Shown: piece by piece, positions 28,367 through 38,632 of the stretch | Numbering within the stretch: the stretch's first letter is position 1 | Layout of the letters: each line of letters begins with the position of its first letter | Assembly: GCA_024231215.1 (NCBI GenBank) | Contig: JAAEQR010000072.1 | Coordinates: 641,210 to 705,209, forward strand | Direction: 5' to 3' | DNA from: PVC group bacterium | GTDB lineage: Bacteria > Omnitrophota > Gorgyraeia > B26-G9 | Length of the DNA stretch: 64,000 bases | Made by a program: the position numbers and the translations under genes | The notes under the pieces: model-generated | Seen by the model: only the letters and a program-made list of their open reading frames with translations | Told to the model about the DNA's origin: nothing | The model's database searches: none

Positions 28367-29644
28367 ATGAGTTTATTGATAAAAAACGGAAGAGTAGTTG
28401 ATGCGAAAAATAAACAAGACGGTGTGTTTGATATATTAGTCGAAGGGGCTAAAATATCCAAGATTGCAAAAAATATTGTGAGCAAAGATGATAATGTTTT
28501 TGACGCTAAAGGAATGCTTGTAGTCCCGGGATTAATAGACTTGCATGTGCATCTTAGGGAGCCGGGATATGAATACAAAGAAACAATACTTAGTGGCAGC
28601 CAAGCTGCTGCGCGAGGTGGATTTACAAGTATTTGCTGTATGCCGAACACAAACCCGGTCATCGATAACCAGGGTGTAGTGGATTTTGTTTTCGCAGAAA
28701 GTAAAAAAGCCGGATTAGTAAATGTTTTTCCGGTCGGAGCAATTACTAAGGGTTTAAAGGGAGAGGATCTGGCGGATATTGCAGATATGAAAGAATCAGG
28801 AGTTGTTGCTCTTTCTGATGACGGTTATGAAGTTGCAAGTGCGGCACTTTTAAGAATGGCCATGGAATATGCATCGATGTTTGATCTGCCGATTATTGCG
28901 CATTGTGAAGATAAAGAACTTTCAAGTGGTGGAGTTATGAATGAAGGGTACATGTCTACGGTACTTGGTTTAAAAGGCATTCCGCGAGTGGCTGAGATAA
29001 CTATGGTTAGCCGGGATATTGAACTTGCTCGTTTTACAGGGACAAAATTGCATATTGCACATGTAAGCTGTAAAGAGTCTGTAGCATTAATAAAGAAAGC
29101 AAAAAAAGAAGGAGTCAAAGTAACTTCGGAATGCTGCCCTCATCATTTTAGTTTAACTGAAGAGGCTGTTGAGCAGTATGATACTAATACAAAGGTCAAT
29201 CCACCGTTACGTACAAAAGAAGATGTTGAAGCAATAAAAAAAGGATTGAAAGACGGAACTATAGATTGTATCGCTACGGATCATGCTCCGCATTCAATTT
29301 CTGAAAAAGATACCGAGTATGATCTGGCTCCGTTTGGCATAATTGGCAGTGAAACAGCTCTAGGATTGGTTATGACCGAATTAGTGGATAAAGGGATATT
29401 ATCTATAGAGCAGGTAGTGGAAAAGATGGCATTGAATCCGGCAAGAGTTATCGGTCAGGATAAGGGGTATTTATCCGAAGGTGGTTGTGCGGATATTACT
29501 ATAATTGATCCAAAGCAGGAATGGGTTGTGGAAAAGGATGGATTTGTTTCCAAATCAAGCAACTCGCCTTTTATCGGAAAAACACTTACCGGTCAGGTTA
29601 TGGCGACTATTGTTTCCGGAAAAATAGTGTTTGAAAAGAGTTAA
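28367..29644 (+). CDS. pyrC: Dihydroorotase
   Basis: DLHVHLREPG, MPNTNP, KVNPPLR, ATDHAPH. Confidence 0.97.
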   Translation: MSLLIKNGRVVDAKNKQDGVFDILVEGAKISKIAKNIVSKDDNVFDAKGMLVVPGLIDLHVHLREPGYEYKETILSGSQAAARGGFTSICCMPNTNPVIDNQGVVDFVFAESKKAGLVNVFPVGAITKGLKGEDLADIADMKESGVVALSDDGYEVASAALLRMAMEYASMFDLPIIAHCEDKELSSGGVMNEGYMSTVLGLKGIPRVAEITMVSRDIELARFTGTKLHIAHVSCKESVALIKKAKKEGVKVTSECCPHHFSLTEEAVEQYDTNTKVNPPLRTKEDVEAIKKGLKDGTIDCIATDHAPHSISEKDTEYDLAPFGIIGSETALGLVMTELVDKGILSIEQVVEKMALNPARVIGQDKGYLSEGGCADITIIDPKQEWVVEKDGFVSKSSNSPFIGKTLTGQVMATIVSGKIVFEKS

Positions 29645-30891
29645 TGGAATTTATAGCAGATCTTCATATACATTCTAAGTATAGTCGGGCTACATCTCCG
29701 CAGATGAATGTGGAAAGCTTGGCGAAGTGGGCTAAGATCAAAGGGATTGATTTAATTGGTACCGGAGATTTTACGCATCATTTATGGGTTAAGGAATTAA
29801 AGGAAAAGCTTGAGCCGGCAGGTAATGGCTTATATGTGCATGAAGATGTGCATTTTATGCTGACGGCTGAGATCAGCAGCATTTATTCTAAGAACGGACG
29901 CTGTTATAGAATCCATAATGTTATATTTGCGCCTTCTATTGAAACTGTGGAGAAAATTAATAAGGTTTTAGGAAGTATCGGAAATATTGTTTCCGATGGC
30001 AGGCCGATACTTGGGCTTGATGCTGCAAAACTTGCTAGAATCATATTTGATATTGATGAAAATTGCGTGATTGTTCCCGCCCATATCTGGACGCCTTGGT
30101 TTAGCTTGTTTGGATCAATGTCCGGGTTTGACCGCTTAGAGGATTGTTTTGAAGAGCAGTCGGAAAAGATATTCTGTCTTGAAACCGGACTTTCATCTGA
30201 TCCGGCGATGAACTGGCGTTTAAGCGCTTTAGATAGATACTCTCTAATTTCTAATTCAGATTCACATTCTCCCCAGAAGATCGGTAGAGAAGCAAATGTA
30301 TTTGATTGTGACCTGTCGTATTATGAAATCAGGGATGCTTTAAAAACTAAAGATAAAAAAAGATTTCTATATACTATAGAATTTTTCCCGGAAGAGGGGA
30401 AATATCATTATGACGGGCATAGAAACTGTGGGGTTAGATGTTCTCCTCGTGAAACTAAAGATTTTAATGGGATTTGCCCTGAATGCGGAAAAAATTTAAC
30501 TGTGGGGGTTACTAATAGGGTCGATGTTTTAGCGGATCGCGACGAAGGGATTAAACCAAAAAATGCTATCCCATATAAAAATTTCATTCCATTAATTGAA
30601 ATTATTTCTGAAGCGCGTGGTGTAGGAGTTAATTCTAAGGCTGTAAATAAAGAATATATGGAAGCTATTGAACATTTTGGTACTGAGTTTGAAATTCTAA
30701 TGAGGGCAACTGAATATGATTTAAAAAAAGCCTTAACTGAGCGTACTGCCGAAGGGGTTTTAAAAGTGCGTCGAGGAGAAGTTAATATCAATCCGGGTTT
30801 TGACGGAGAATACGGGAAAGTAAAGATATTTAAAAGGGAAGAAACTAAAACTAAAAATAAAATTGACGGAAAACAATTGAGGTTTTTTTAA
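29644..30891 (+). CDS. Endonuclease Q family (PHP domain + Zn finger)
   Basis: ADLHIHSKYS, GTGDFTH, PAHIWTPWFS, ETGLSSD, SNSDSHS, GKYHYDGHRNC, CPECG, PGFDGEYG. Confidence 0.9.
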   Translation: MEFIADLHIHSKYSRATSPQMNVESLAKWAKIKGIDLIGTGDFTHHLWVKELKEKLEPAGNGLYVHEDVHFMLTAEISSIYSKNGRCYRIHNVIFAPSIETVEKINKVLGSIGNIVSDGRPILGLDAAKLARIIFDIDENCVIVPAHIWTPWFSLFGSMSGFDRLEDCFEEQSEKIFCLETGLSSDPAMNWRLSALDRYSLISNSDSHSPQKIGREANVFDCDLSYYEIRDALKTKDKKRFLYTIEFFPEEGKYHYDGHRNCGVRCSPRETKDFNGICPECGKNLTVGVTNRVDVLADRDEGIKPKNAIPYKNFIPLIEIISEARGVGVNSKAVNKEYMEAIEHFGTEFEILMRATEYDLKKALTERTAEGVLKVRRGEVNINPGFDGEYGKVKIFKREETKTKNKIDGKQLRFF

Positions 30892-30892
30892 T

Positions 30893-31384
30893 ATGAAAAA
30901 AGCAATAATCACATTTTATTCGTATACGGGGAATACTAAATTAGTTGCCGAATCTTTAAAGGAAGAACTTGGACAAGGTTATCAGACAGATCTAATGCAG
31001 ATTGACACGTTAGATGAATCTCCTACTTTTATTGGACAGGCTGTGCGTGCTTTTCTTAAGAAAGAAGCAAAAATATCTAAAGAAACAGTGTCTGATTTCT
31101 CGCCGTATGATTTAATTGCAATTGGAACACCGGTGTGGGCGTTTGGTCCAGCGCCGGCAGTACGCACTTTGTTGAATGGTTGTACCGGGATACAAGATAA
31201 AAAGATAATTTTATTTTCCACCTATGGCAGTGGTACCGGGAAAAATAAGTGTATGAGGGAAATGGAGACAATCGTCAAAGATAAAGGAGCAGCCCAGACA
31301 GTCTTATTTGGTGTGCAGCAGTTTGAATTGAAAAATAAGGAAAAAGTAATCAATAGTGTTAAAACTGCGATATCTAAAATATGA
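30893..31384 (+). CDS. Flavodoxin family protein
   Basis: YSYTGNT FMN-phosphate loop, GTPVW. Confidence 0.88.
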   Translation: MKKAIITFYSYTGNTKLVAESLKEELGQGYQTDLMQIDTLDESPTFIGQAVRAFLKKEAKISKETVSDFSPYDLIAIGTPVWAFGPAPAVRTLLNGCTGIQDKKIILFSTYGSGTGKNKCMREMETIVKDKGAAQTVLFGVQQFELKNKEKVINSVKTAISKI

Positions 31385-31842
31385 ATAAAAAATTTTTGAT
31401 TTCAGTTGTTGGTGGACATAAGACAGATAAAAAAACTGCAAAATTGGCGCATGAGGTGGGGAAGGTAATTGCCGCAGCCGGGGCAATAATGATTTGCGGT
31501 GGTTTGTCCGGAGTTATGGAGTGTGCGGCAAAAGGAGTAAAAGATGCGGGTGGTGTAACTGTTGGTATTCTGCCGGGTAAAGATAAAAATGAAGCAAATA
31601 AATATATTGATATCCCTATTCCTACGGGGTTAGGATATACTCGAAATACATTGGTAGCAGGATGTGCAGATATGGTTATTGCCTTTCCGGGCAAAGAAGG
31701 TACTTTATCTGAGATTGGTTTTGCTTTGAGCGAGAAGAAGCCAGTAATTGGATTAAATACCTGGGATATCCCCGGGGTTAAAAAAGTAAAATCAGTTCAG
31801 GAAGTCGAAAAGACGATAAAAAAGATTATGGCTAAGGGGTGA
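31381..31842 (+). CDS. LOG/DprA-like Rossmann-fold protein (TIGR00725 type)
   Basis: CGGLSGVME, GILPG, TGLGYTRN, PGKEGTLSE. Confidence 0.88.
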   Translation: MNKKFLISVVGGHKTDKKTAKLAHEVGKVIAAAGAIMICGGLSGVMECAAKGVKDAGGVTVGILPGKDKNEANKYIDIPIPTGLGYTRNTLVAGCADMVIAFPGKEGTLSEIGFALSEKKPVIGLNTWDIPGVKKVKSVQEVEKTIKKIMAKG

Positions 31843-31843
31843 A

Positions 31844-32233
31844 ATGGAAAAGATATCCGTAAAGACAACCGGACAGGTAGAATTAGTTGATATTACCTCA
31901 AAGATACAGGCAGTTGTAAATAAGATTGGCAAAAAAGAAGGGATATGTGTTGTGTTTGTCTCTCATACAACTGCGGCAGTGACAATTAATGAAAATGCAG
32001 ATCCTGATGTACGCCGGGATATTATAAAAGAAGTGAATAAAATAGTTCCATTTAATGACGGCTATGCTCATTGTGAAGGGAACTCTGCAGCGCATATAAA
32101 AGCATCTTTATTTGGTTTTTCAGAAACGGTGGTTATTGAAAAAGGGGCTTTGCAATTAGGCACTTGGCAGGGTATATATTTTGCTGAATTTGACGGGCCG
32201 CGTAATCGTGAAGTATGGATAAAAATAATATAA
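31844..32233 (+). CDS. yjbQ: YjbQ/UPF0047 family protein
   Basis: HTTAAVTINENADPDV, GNSAAHIKA, LGTWQGIYFAEFDGPR. Confidence 0.92.
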   Translation: MEKISVKTTGQVELVDITSKIQAVVNKIGKKEGICVVFVSHTTAAVTINENADPDVRRDIIKEVNKIVPFNDGYAHCEGNSAAHIKASLFGFSETVVIEKGALQLGTWQGIYFAEFDGPRNREVWIKII

Positions 32234-32237
32234 TAGT

Positions 32238-33053
32238 ATGCCTGAATTACCAGAAGTTGAAACAATAAGAAAAGATCTGAAAAAGGTTCTTTTAAATGAA
32301 AAAATTAATGAGATTGTTGTTAATAACCCAAAGGTTATTAAGGAGCCATCGCTAAAGAAGTTTAATCAACTGCTGATAAAATCACGTGTTATAGATATAT
32401 TTCGCAGAGGTAAATTATTAGTGTTAGGAATTGAAAAAAGTGGGGAAAAGTATTTTTTTGCGATTCATTTAAGAATGTCCGGACAGATTATTTATGGGCA
32501 GAAGAATATCAAAAGCAGAGTTAGTTTTAAACTATCCAATAATAAATGGCTTAATTATAATGATCAGCGTTTATTAGGTGTGTTAAGAGTTGTTAGGGAT
32601 TGGCAAAATCTTAGTGTCATAAAAAAAATGGGTCCTGAGCCTCTGGGTAAGGAGTTTACCCAGAGTGAGTTTAAACAGCGAGTAAGTAAAAGAAAAGGGA
32701 AAATAAAATCGCTTTTACTGGATCAGACTTTTGTTGCGGGTATCGGAAACATTTACGCAGCAGAGTCTTTGTTTTTATCCGGAATTAATCCTCAGCGGAG
32801 AGCCGATACTTTGCGGGATAATGAAATTAAAAAGTTATTTGATAGTATCAGGAAGGTTCTTGCCGAAGCGATTAAATATCGTGGAACATCTTTTAGCATG
32901 TACCGGGACGGACACGGAGAAGGCGGAAAGTTCTTGAACCGTCTTTTTGTCTATGGACGAAAAGGAAAATCTTGTTTAAAATGTAAGACACCGGTCAGAA
33001 GAATTGTCTTGGCCGGAAGAGGAACGTATTTTTGCGAGAAATGTCAGAGTTAA
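32238..33053 (+). CDS. mutM: Formamidopyrimidine-DNA glycosylase
   Basis: MPELPEVE, RRGK, HLRMSG, GIGNIYA, C-terminal Zn finger. Confidence 0.97.
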   Translation: MPELPEVETIRKDLKKVLLNEKINEIVVNNPKVIKEPSLKKFNQLLIKSRVIDIFRRGKLLVLGIEKSGEKYFFAIHLRMSGQIIYGQKNIKSRVSFKLSNNKWLNYNDQRLLGVLRVVRDWQNLSVIKKMGPEPLGKEFTQSEFKQRVSKRKGKIKSLLLDQTFVAGIGNIYAAESLFLSGINPQRRADTLRDNEIKKLFDSIRKVLAEAIKYRGTSFSMYRDGHGEGGKFLNRLFVYGRKGKSCLKCKTPVRRIVLAGRGTYFCEKCQS

Positions 33054-33056
33054 ATT

Positions 33057-33081
33057 GTAGGGGCGGCGCTTGTCTTTGCCC
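33057..33081 (+). repeat. GTAG-type REP-like palindrome
   Basis: GTAG followed by GGGCGG...TTGCCC imperfect stem in the mutM-pyrK spacer. Confidence 0.45.
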
Positions 33082-33102
33082 GAATAAAAGGAGTAGAGGA
33101 TA

Positions 33103-33933
33103 TTGATTTACGATGTTAAAGCTACAATAGTTAGTAATACAAAAATAGCGCATGACGTTTACCGCTTAGAGATGGATGTGCCCAAATTGGCGACTAAGCT
33201 GCGTCCCGGTCAGTTTATGCATTTAAGGGTTGGGACAGGGATTGATCCTTTGCTTCGCCGGCCGTTTAGCACTTATCGAATAATAAAAAAACGTGGTAAT
33301 AAGCGTGATCTTGTCGGTATAATCTATCGCGTGGTTGGTAAAGGGACTGATTTACTTACGCAAAAGTGTAGAGGAGAGCAGATAGATGTACTTGGGGCAT
33401 TAGGTAACGGATTTGATATTAGTCCTAAGTTTTTAAAAAAGTCTCAGATTATTTTAGTTGGTGGTGGAATAGGAGTTGTTCCGTTGGTGTATCTTGCGGA
33501 GACATTAAAAAAGAAAAGTAAAGCAGAGGTTATTGCTTTTATTGGTGCAGCAACAAAACAAGATATTGTATGTATTAAAGATTTAAAAGAGCATGGGTGT
33601 AAAGTCAATATTTCCACGGATGACGGAACTCAAGGATATAAGGGGTATGTATCGGATATGTTAGAACAGTATTTAAGCGATACACAATGCTTCGAAAACC
33701 CATATATTTATGCCTGTGGACCGTTTCCCATGCTTAAGGCGTTAAGTATGCTTGCATGTAAATTCGGGTTAGACGGACAGGTTTCAGTGGACGAGATGAT
33801 GGGCTGTGGGATAGGTGCTTGTCTTGGCTGTGTAATAAAAACGAAAAATCTTTCAGATAATACCTCGGGGTATAAAAGAATTTGTAAAGACGGTCCTGTA
33901 TTTGACATTAATGAAATTGTTTGGGAGGATTAA
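33103..33933 (+). CDS. pyrK: Dihydroorotate dehydrogenase electron transfer subunit
   Basis: PGQF, LRRPFS, GGGIG, YACGP, MGCGIGACLGC, ICKDGPVF. Confidence 0.95.
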   Translation: MIYDVKATIVSNTKIAHDVYRLEMDVPKLATKLRPGQFMHLRVGTGIDPLLRRPFSTYRIIKKRGNKRDLVGIIYRVVGKGTDLLTQKCRGEQIDVLGALGNGFDISPKFLKKSQIILVGGGIGVVPLVYLAETLKKKSKAEVIAFIGAATKQDIVCIKDLKEHGCKVNISTDDGTQGYKGYVSDMLEQYLSDTQCFENPYIYACGPFPMLKALSMLACKFGLDGQVSVDEMMGCGIGACLGCVIKTKNLSDNTSGYKRICKDGPVFDINEIVWED

Positions 33934-33935
33934 CT

Positions 33936-34292
33936 ATGACATGGGTACATATTGTCATTGGTCTGGTTGCGGGAATCTGCGGCGGCTTTTTTGGTATTGG
34001 CGGCGCAACTGTGATTGTTCCGGCGTTAGTGCTTTTTTTAGGCTTTTCTCAGCATCAGGCTCAAGGAACCACGCTTGCGGCGATGATTCCTCCTATTGGT
34101 CTTTTAGCGGCATTGCGTTATTATCAGCAGGGTAATGTTAAGATTTCTGCGGCGTTATTTATTGCCTTGGGATTTTTTATCGGGGCTTATTTTGGGGCGC
34201 AGTTAGTGGAGAAAGTTCCTGATATATTGTTGAAGAGACTATTTGGTTGTTTTCTTTTAATTATTGCGGTACGATTGATTCTAACAAAATAG
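33936..34292 (+). CDS. Half-size sulfite exporter TauE/SafE family protein
   Basis: GFFGIGG, VPAL, QHQAQGTTL; about 4 TM, 118 aa. Confidence 0.85.
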   Translation: MTWVHIVIGLVAGICGGFFGIGGATVIVPALVLFLGFSQHQAQGTTLAAMIPPIGLLAALRYYQQGNVKISAALFIALGFFIGAYFGAQLVEKVPDILLKRLFGCFLLIIAVRLILTK

Positions 34293-34311
34293 AAAGTAAT
34301 ATAATAAAATT

Positions 34312-35253
34312 ATGAATCTACACGTTAAATTAGGAAAATTAAAATTAAAAAATCCGGTTACGGTTGCTTCCGGGACTTTTGGATATGCGAAAGAGTTTGA
34401 GGATTTAGTATCGGTTAAAAGTCTGGGCGCAATTATTACCAAAACAATTACGGTAAATCCGCGTTTAGGTAATCCTCCGCCGCGTTTAGCGGAAACAGCT
34501 TCAGGTATGTTGAATGCAATTGGTCTACAGAATGAAGGTTTGGATAATTTTTTAAAGTTCAAATATCCTGCACTTAAGAAAATAGGAACTGAAGTTATTG
34601 TGAGTATAAGCGCGCAAACAAAAAAGGATTTTATTTTTCTGGCTCAGAACCTTGAGTCTGCCGGGGTTAAGGCAGTAGAAGTAAATCTTTCATGTCCGAA
34701 TATATCTTATGCCGCAAATAATTCAAAGAAAAACCAACAGATAAGTAGGGCTAAATCTTTTGCCCAGGATGCAAAGGCTACATATGATGTAGTTTCGGCT
34801 TTGCGTAAAAAAACAAAATTAACTTTGATTGTAAAACTTACCCCAAATGTTACTGATATCACTGAAATTGCACTTGCTGCCGAACGTGCCGGGGCCGATG
34901 TGTTGAGCTTAGTGAATACATTTTTAGGGATGGCGATAGATGTTGAAACCCGCTTGCCAAAAATAGCTAATATTACCGGCGGGTTGAGTGGTCCGGCAAT
35001 AAAACCGCTTGCGGTACGTATGGTATATGATGTTGCACGTGCTGTTAAAATTCCGGTAATTGGGGTCGGTGGGATAATGTCGGCCGAAGATGCACTTGAA
35101 TTTATGATTGCCGGAGCTAGAGCAATTAGTGTGGGTACAGCTAGTTTTGTTAATCCAAAAGCGGCAATAGAGATAATAGAAGGATTGAAACTATATTGTA
35201 AAGAGAATAAAATTAAAGATATTAATAAGCTGGTAGGGAAAATCAGTTTATAG
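34312..35253 (+). CDS. pyrD: Dihydroorotate dehydrogenase 1B catalytic subunit
   Basis: ASGTFG, NAIGLQN, NLSCPN, KLTPN, GGLSG. Confidence 0.97.
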   Translation: MNLHVKLGKLKLKNPVTVASGTFGYAKEFEDLVSVKSLGAIITKTITVNPRLGNPPPRLAETASGMLNAIGLQNEGLDNFLKFKYPALKKIGTEVIVSISAQTKKDFIFLAQNLESAGVKAVEVNLSCPNISYAANNSKKNQQISRAKSFAQDAKATYDVVSALRKKTKLTLIVKLTPNVTDITEIALAAERAGADVLSLVNTFLGMAIDVETRLPKIANITGGLSGPAIKPLAVRMVYDVARAVKIPVIGVGGIMSAEDALEFMIAGARAISVGTASFVNPKAAIEIIEGLKLYCKENKIKDINKLVGKISL

Positions 35254-35274
35254 TTTATGGTTGATAGTTCATAG
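35247..35274 (+). repeat. Short heptamer tandem repeat
   Basis: TTTATAG TTTATGG TTGATAG TTCATAG starting at the pyrD stop. Confidence 0.6.
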
Positions 35275-35320
35275 AAAAAGCAAAAAACTAAAAATAAAAG
35301 ACATCTAGGAGAAATTTATT

Positions 35321-36049
35321 ATGAAAAAAAACACAGAACTTATAGTTGCGTTGGATACCGAGTCTCTAGATGAGGCGCGTAGTATTGTAGATAAATTATC
35401 CGGAGTGGTTAGATTTTTTAAAATAGGCAGTCAGTTATTTACTGCGGCTGGGCCAATTGCAGTGGAAATGGTTCGTAATAATAAGGCCGAGGTTTTTTTG
35501 GATCTAAAATTTCATGATATACCTAACACCGTAGCGAATGCAGCGATAAGTTCTATCCGGCTTGGTATTTCCATGTTCAATGTACATGCAATGGGTGGGA
35601 AAGCAATGCTTATCAAAACCATGGAGGCGGTTAACGCTGAATGTGAACAAAGCGGGGTGAAAAAGCCGATTGTTTTAGGAGTAACTGTGCTTACGAGTAT
35701 GGATCGTCAGCAGCTTAACAGTATCGGGGTGGCGCGTAGCGTGAAAAATCAGGTAGGCTTTTTAGCTAAGTTATGCCAAAAGAGTGGCTTGGATGGTGTT
35801 GTTTGTTCCGGTAAGGAGATAAAGCTTTTGCGTCGAATCACAAATAAAGATTTTATCTTGGTAGTTCCCGGAGTCAGGCCGAAAGATTCTTTGCTTAATG
35901 ATCAAAAAAGAGTTATTACTCCGACTGATGCTGTGCGATTGGGGGCTGACTTTATTGTTGTAGGCAGACCTATAGTAGCAAACAAAGATCCGTCGCAGGC
36001 AGCAAAGGCGATTTTACAGGAAATACAAGCGGCCGCATCACTAGCTTAA
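35321..36049 (+). CDS. pyrF: Orotidine-5'-phosphate decarboxylase
   Basis: IVALD, FLDLKFHDIPNTV, VTVLTS, PGVR, DQKR, VVGRPI. Confidence 0.97.
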   Translation: MKKNTELIVALDTESLDEARSIVDKLSGVVRFFKIGSQLFTAAGPIAVEMVRNNKAEVFLDLKFHDIPNTVANAAISSIRLGISMFNVHAMGGKAMLIKTMEAVNAECEQSGVKKPIVLGVTVLTSMDRQQLNSIGVARSVKNQVGFLAKLCQKSGLDGVVCSGKEIKLLRRITNKDFILVVPGVRPKDSLLNDQKRVITPTDAVRLGADFIVVGRPIVANKDPSQAAKAILQEIQAAASLA

Positions 36050-36055
36050 CTTATG

Positions 36056-36084
36056 TTGACTTTTGTCCCAACCTCTAGTAAAAT
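36056..36084 (+). promoter_or_regulatory. Sigma70-type promoter of the yicC operon
   Basis: TTGACT-17 bp-TAAAAT. Confidence 0.6.
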
Positions 36085-36163
36085 TAAAGTTTAGCACTAT
36101 TGCAAAAAATACATCTGCAACAGTGCTAGTTCAATAAAATAAACAAAATAAAGGAGAAGTATT

Positions 36164-37042
36164 TTGATAAAGAGCATGACCGGCTTTGGGCGGGGAAAAG
36201 CTGCTTTTGGCGGTGGTAATTTTACGGTAGAGTTTAAGACATATAATCATAAATTTTTCGAATTGAGTTATAAACTGCCGGAACAGCTTCAAACATATGA
36301 TGATCAGGTGAAGAAGTTGATCAAAAAGCAGATAATGCGTGGTAAAGTATACCTTTGGGTTAATTATGAGCGATGCTCAGATGATAGCTTGAATCTCACC
36401 GTAGATGAGAAAAGGGTGCGGCGGTACTACAATTTACTGGCTGAAGTGAAAAAGAAATTCAAGCTAAAAGACGATATTACACTTGAGCAATTGTTATCTT
36501 TTCCTGAGGTTATAGTTTGTAAGCCACATAAAGAAAATCAGACAGTCCTTTGGCGTGCAGCTAATATAGCTTTGAAAAAGGCTTTAGCAGCTTTGGTCCT
36601 GATGCGGCGTAAAGAAGGACGGTTTTTATATCAGGACTTGAATGAAAGAGCTAAAAACATAGAAAAAGCGTTAAAGAAAATAGAAAAATATATTCCTCAG
36701 GTATTGCATCGTTATGAAAGTAAACTGAAGAAAAGAGCTAAGAGCGCTGTAGACAGGAATGGCGGTCGGGGGGAGCGAGTACAGACAGAGTTGGCTGCAT
36801 TTGCCAAGAACTGTGATGTAAGTGAAGAAATGTCCCGTTTGAGCGCGCATATAAAAAACTTCAAGACTACATTGAAAACTAATAAAGAGACAGGTAAAGT
36901 TCTTGATTTTATTGCGCAGGAAGCGCAGAGAGAGATCAATACCTTAGGTGCTAAATGTTCTGATTTTAAAATTTCCAAAGAGGTTATTTATATTAAAGGA
37001 GAGATTGAAAAAATCAGAGAACAAGTCCAGAATGTGGAATAA
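36164..37042 (+). CDS. yicC: YicC/YloC family endoribonuclease
   Basis: [41 protein letters not shown]. Confidence 0.95.
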   Translation: MIKSMTGFGRGKAAFGGGNFTVEFKTYNHKFFELSYKLPEQLQTYDDQVKKLIKKQIMRGKVYLWVNYERCSDDSLNLTVDEKRVRRYYNLLAEVKKKFKLKDDITLEQLLSFPEVIVCKPHKENQTVLWRAANIALKKALAALVLMRRKEGRFLYQDLNERAKNIEKALKKIEKYIPQVLHRYESKLKKRAKSAVDRNGGRGERVQTELAAFAKNCDVSEEMSRLSAHIKNFKTTLKTNKETGKVLDFIAQEAQREINTLGAKCSDFKISKEVIYIKGEIEKIREQVQNVE

Positions 37043-37296
37043 TGCTGTCAAATAAACATTTTATAAATATCGGATACAATAATGTAATTGTTTTAAAAAG
37101 GGTAATTGCGATTGTTAACCCGGATGCTGCTCCTGTAAAGAGATTAAAAGAAGAAGCAAGACGTCTTAATAAACTTATTGATGCAACGAACGGGCGGCGT
37201 ACCCGCGCGGTAATTATAACTGATAGCGACCATGTTGTTCTTTCCAGTATTCAGCCGGAAACAGTGGCGCAGAGGATAGAAGATAGAGATGAGTAG
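37042..37296 (+). CDS. remA: RemA/DUF370 family protein
   Basis: [35 protein letters not shown]. Confidence 0.9.
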   Translation: MLSNKHFINIGYNNVIVLKRVIAIVNPDAAPVKRLKEEARRLNKLIDATNGRRTRAVIITDSDHVVLSSIQPETVAQRIEDRDE

Positions 37297-37885
37297 TAAA
37301 GGAAGTTTATTTGTAGTATCAGCTCCTTCCGGAGCGGGTAAGACAACCCTATGTGAGAAGTTGCTTAAAACACTTCCTAATATAGTTAATTCTATTTCCA
37401 TGACAACTCGGCCGTTACGTTCCGGAGAAAAAAATAAAAATGATTATTTTTTTGTTTCCGAGACGGAATTTAAAAAGAAAATCAAAAATAACGGGTTATT
37501 AGAATATGCCAAAGTTTTTGGAAACTATTACGGTACTCCTAAAAGATTTGTGGAACAGAATTTGGCAAAGGGTAACGATGTTTTATTAAATATTGATGTT
37601 CAGGGTGCAATGCAAATCCGGAGGAAATTCCGGAGAAATTCCCGGTTTATTTTCATTCTGCCGCCTTCAATGAATGATTTAAAAAAACGGTTACTATTAA
37701 GAAAAACAGATACAAAACTTCAAATAAAAAAGAGATTAGATATGGCTAAAAAAGAATTAGCATATTTAAATTCTTATGACTATAAAATAGTTAATGATGA
37801 TTTAAAAAAAGCGTTTGGGCAACTCTTATCAATTGTTGTTGCGGCCCGTTGCGAGACAGAAAAAAGAAAGGTGAATCTTAAATGA
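37289..37885 (+). CDS. gmk: Guanylate kinase
   Basis: [32 protein letters not shown]. Confidence 0.97.
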   Translation: MSSKGSLFVVSAPSGAGKTTLCEKLLKTLPNIVNSISMTTRPLRSGEKNKNDYFFVSETEFKKKIKNNGLLEYAKVFGNYYGTPKRFVEQNLAKGNDVLLNIDVQGAMQIRRKFRRNSRFIFILPPSMNDLKKRLLLRKTDTKLQIKKRLDMAKKELAYLNSYDYKIVNDDLKKAFGQLLSIVVAARCETEKRKVNLK

Positions 37886-38076
37886 TAAGTATTCCGGTAG
37901 AAGATTTAATTGAAAAAACAGGAAGTCTTTTTAAATTGGTTGTTCTTGCATCACAAAGAACCGTGGAGTTGAATGACGGTAGTGATCCGAGAATAGAGAA
38001 TACGAAAAATAAAAAGACAGCAGCTATTGCTTTGCATGAAATTGCCGAAGGTAAGGTTGATTTTACTTTAGAATAA
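37882..38076 (+). CDS. rpoZ: RNA polymerase omega subunit
   Basis: SLFKLVVLASQR, IALHEIAEGK; position between gmk and coa genes. Confidence 0.9.
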   Translation: MISIPVEDLIEKTGSLFKLVVLASQRTVELNDGSDPRIENTKNKKTAAIALHEIAEGKVDFTLE

Positions 38077-38089
38077 AGAATAAGATGTT

Positions 38090-38632
38090 ATGAAGAAAAA
38101 ACCTAAAGAAATAGTTATTGGTGTAACCGCCGGGATTAGTGCATACAAGGCTTGCGAGGTGGTGCGTAGTTTAAAGAAAAAAGGCCATTCCGTAACGGTG
38201 CTAATGACCAAAGATGCGGTTAATTTTATCGGGCCCTTGACGTTTAAAACTTTGTCTGAACGGCCGGTGGTTATTGATATGTTTGAAGAAAATATGCAAT
38301 GGGATCCTTGCCATATTGCGTTGGCGGATAAAGCTGATGTGATTGCAATAGTTCCGGCAACAGCACAGATGATTGCTAAACTGGCTCTAGGATTATGTGA
38401 TGATATTATTAGTTGTGTTATTTTAGCAGCAAAATTAAAACCGGTTATTTGTCCGGCTATGAATGATAATATGTATAAACATCCGGCAACTCAGACTAAT
38501 CTGAAAAAACTAAAAGATTTTGGATATAAAATTATTTCGCCGATTAAAGGTAAGCTTGCCTGTGGAAAATACGGGATCGGCCATTTAGCGCCGGTTGATG
38601 TTATTGTTTCCGAAATAGAGAAACAGCTCTAA
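38090..38632 (+). CDS. coaC: Phosphopantothenoylcysteine decarboxylase (stand-alone)
   Basis: ISAYKA, HIALAD, PATA, PAMNDNMY, LACG..GIG. Confidence 0.92.
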   Translation: MKKKPKEIVIGVTAGISAYKACEVVRSLKKKGHSVTVLMTKDAVNFIGPLTFKTLSERPVVIDMFEENMQWDPCHIALADKADVIAIVPATAQMIAKLALGLCDDIISCVILAAKLKPVICPAMNDNMYKHPATQTNLKKLKDFGYKIISPIKGKLACGKYGIGHLAPVDVIVSEIEKQL

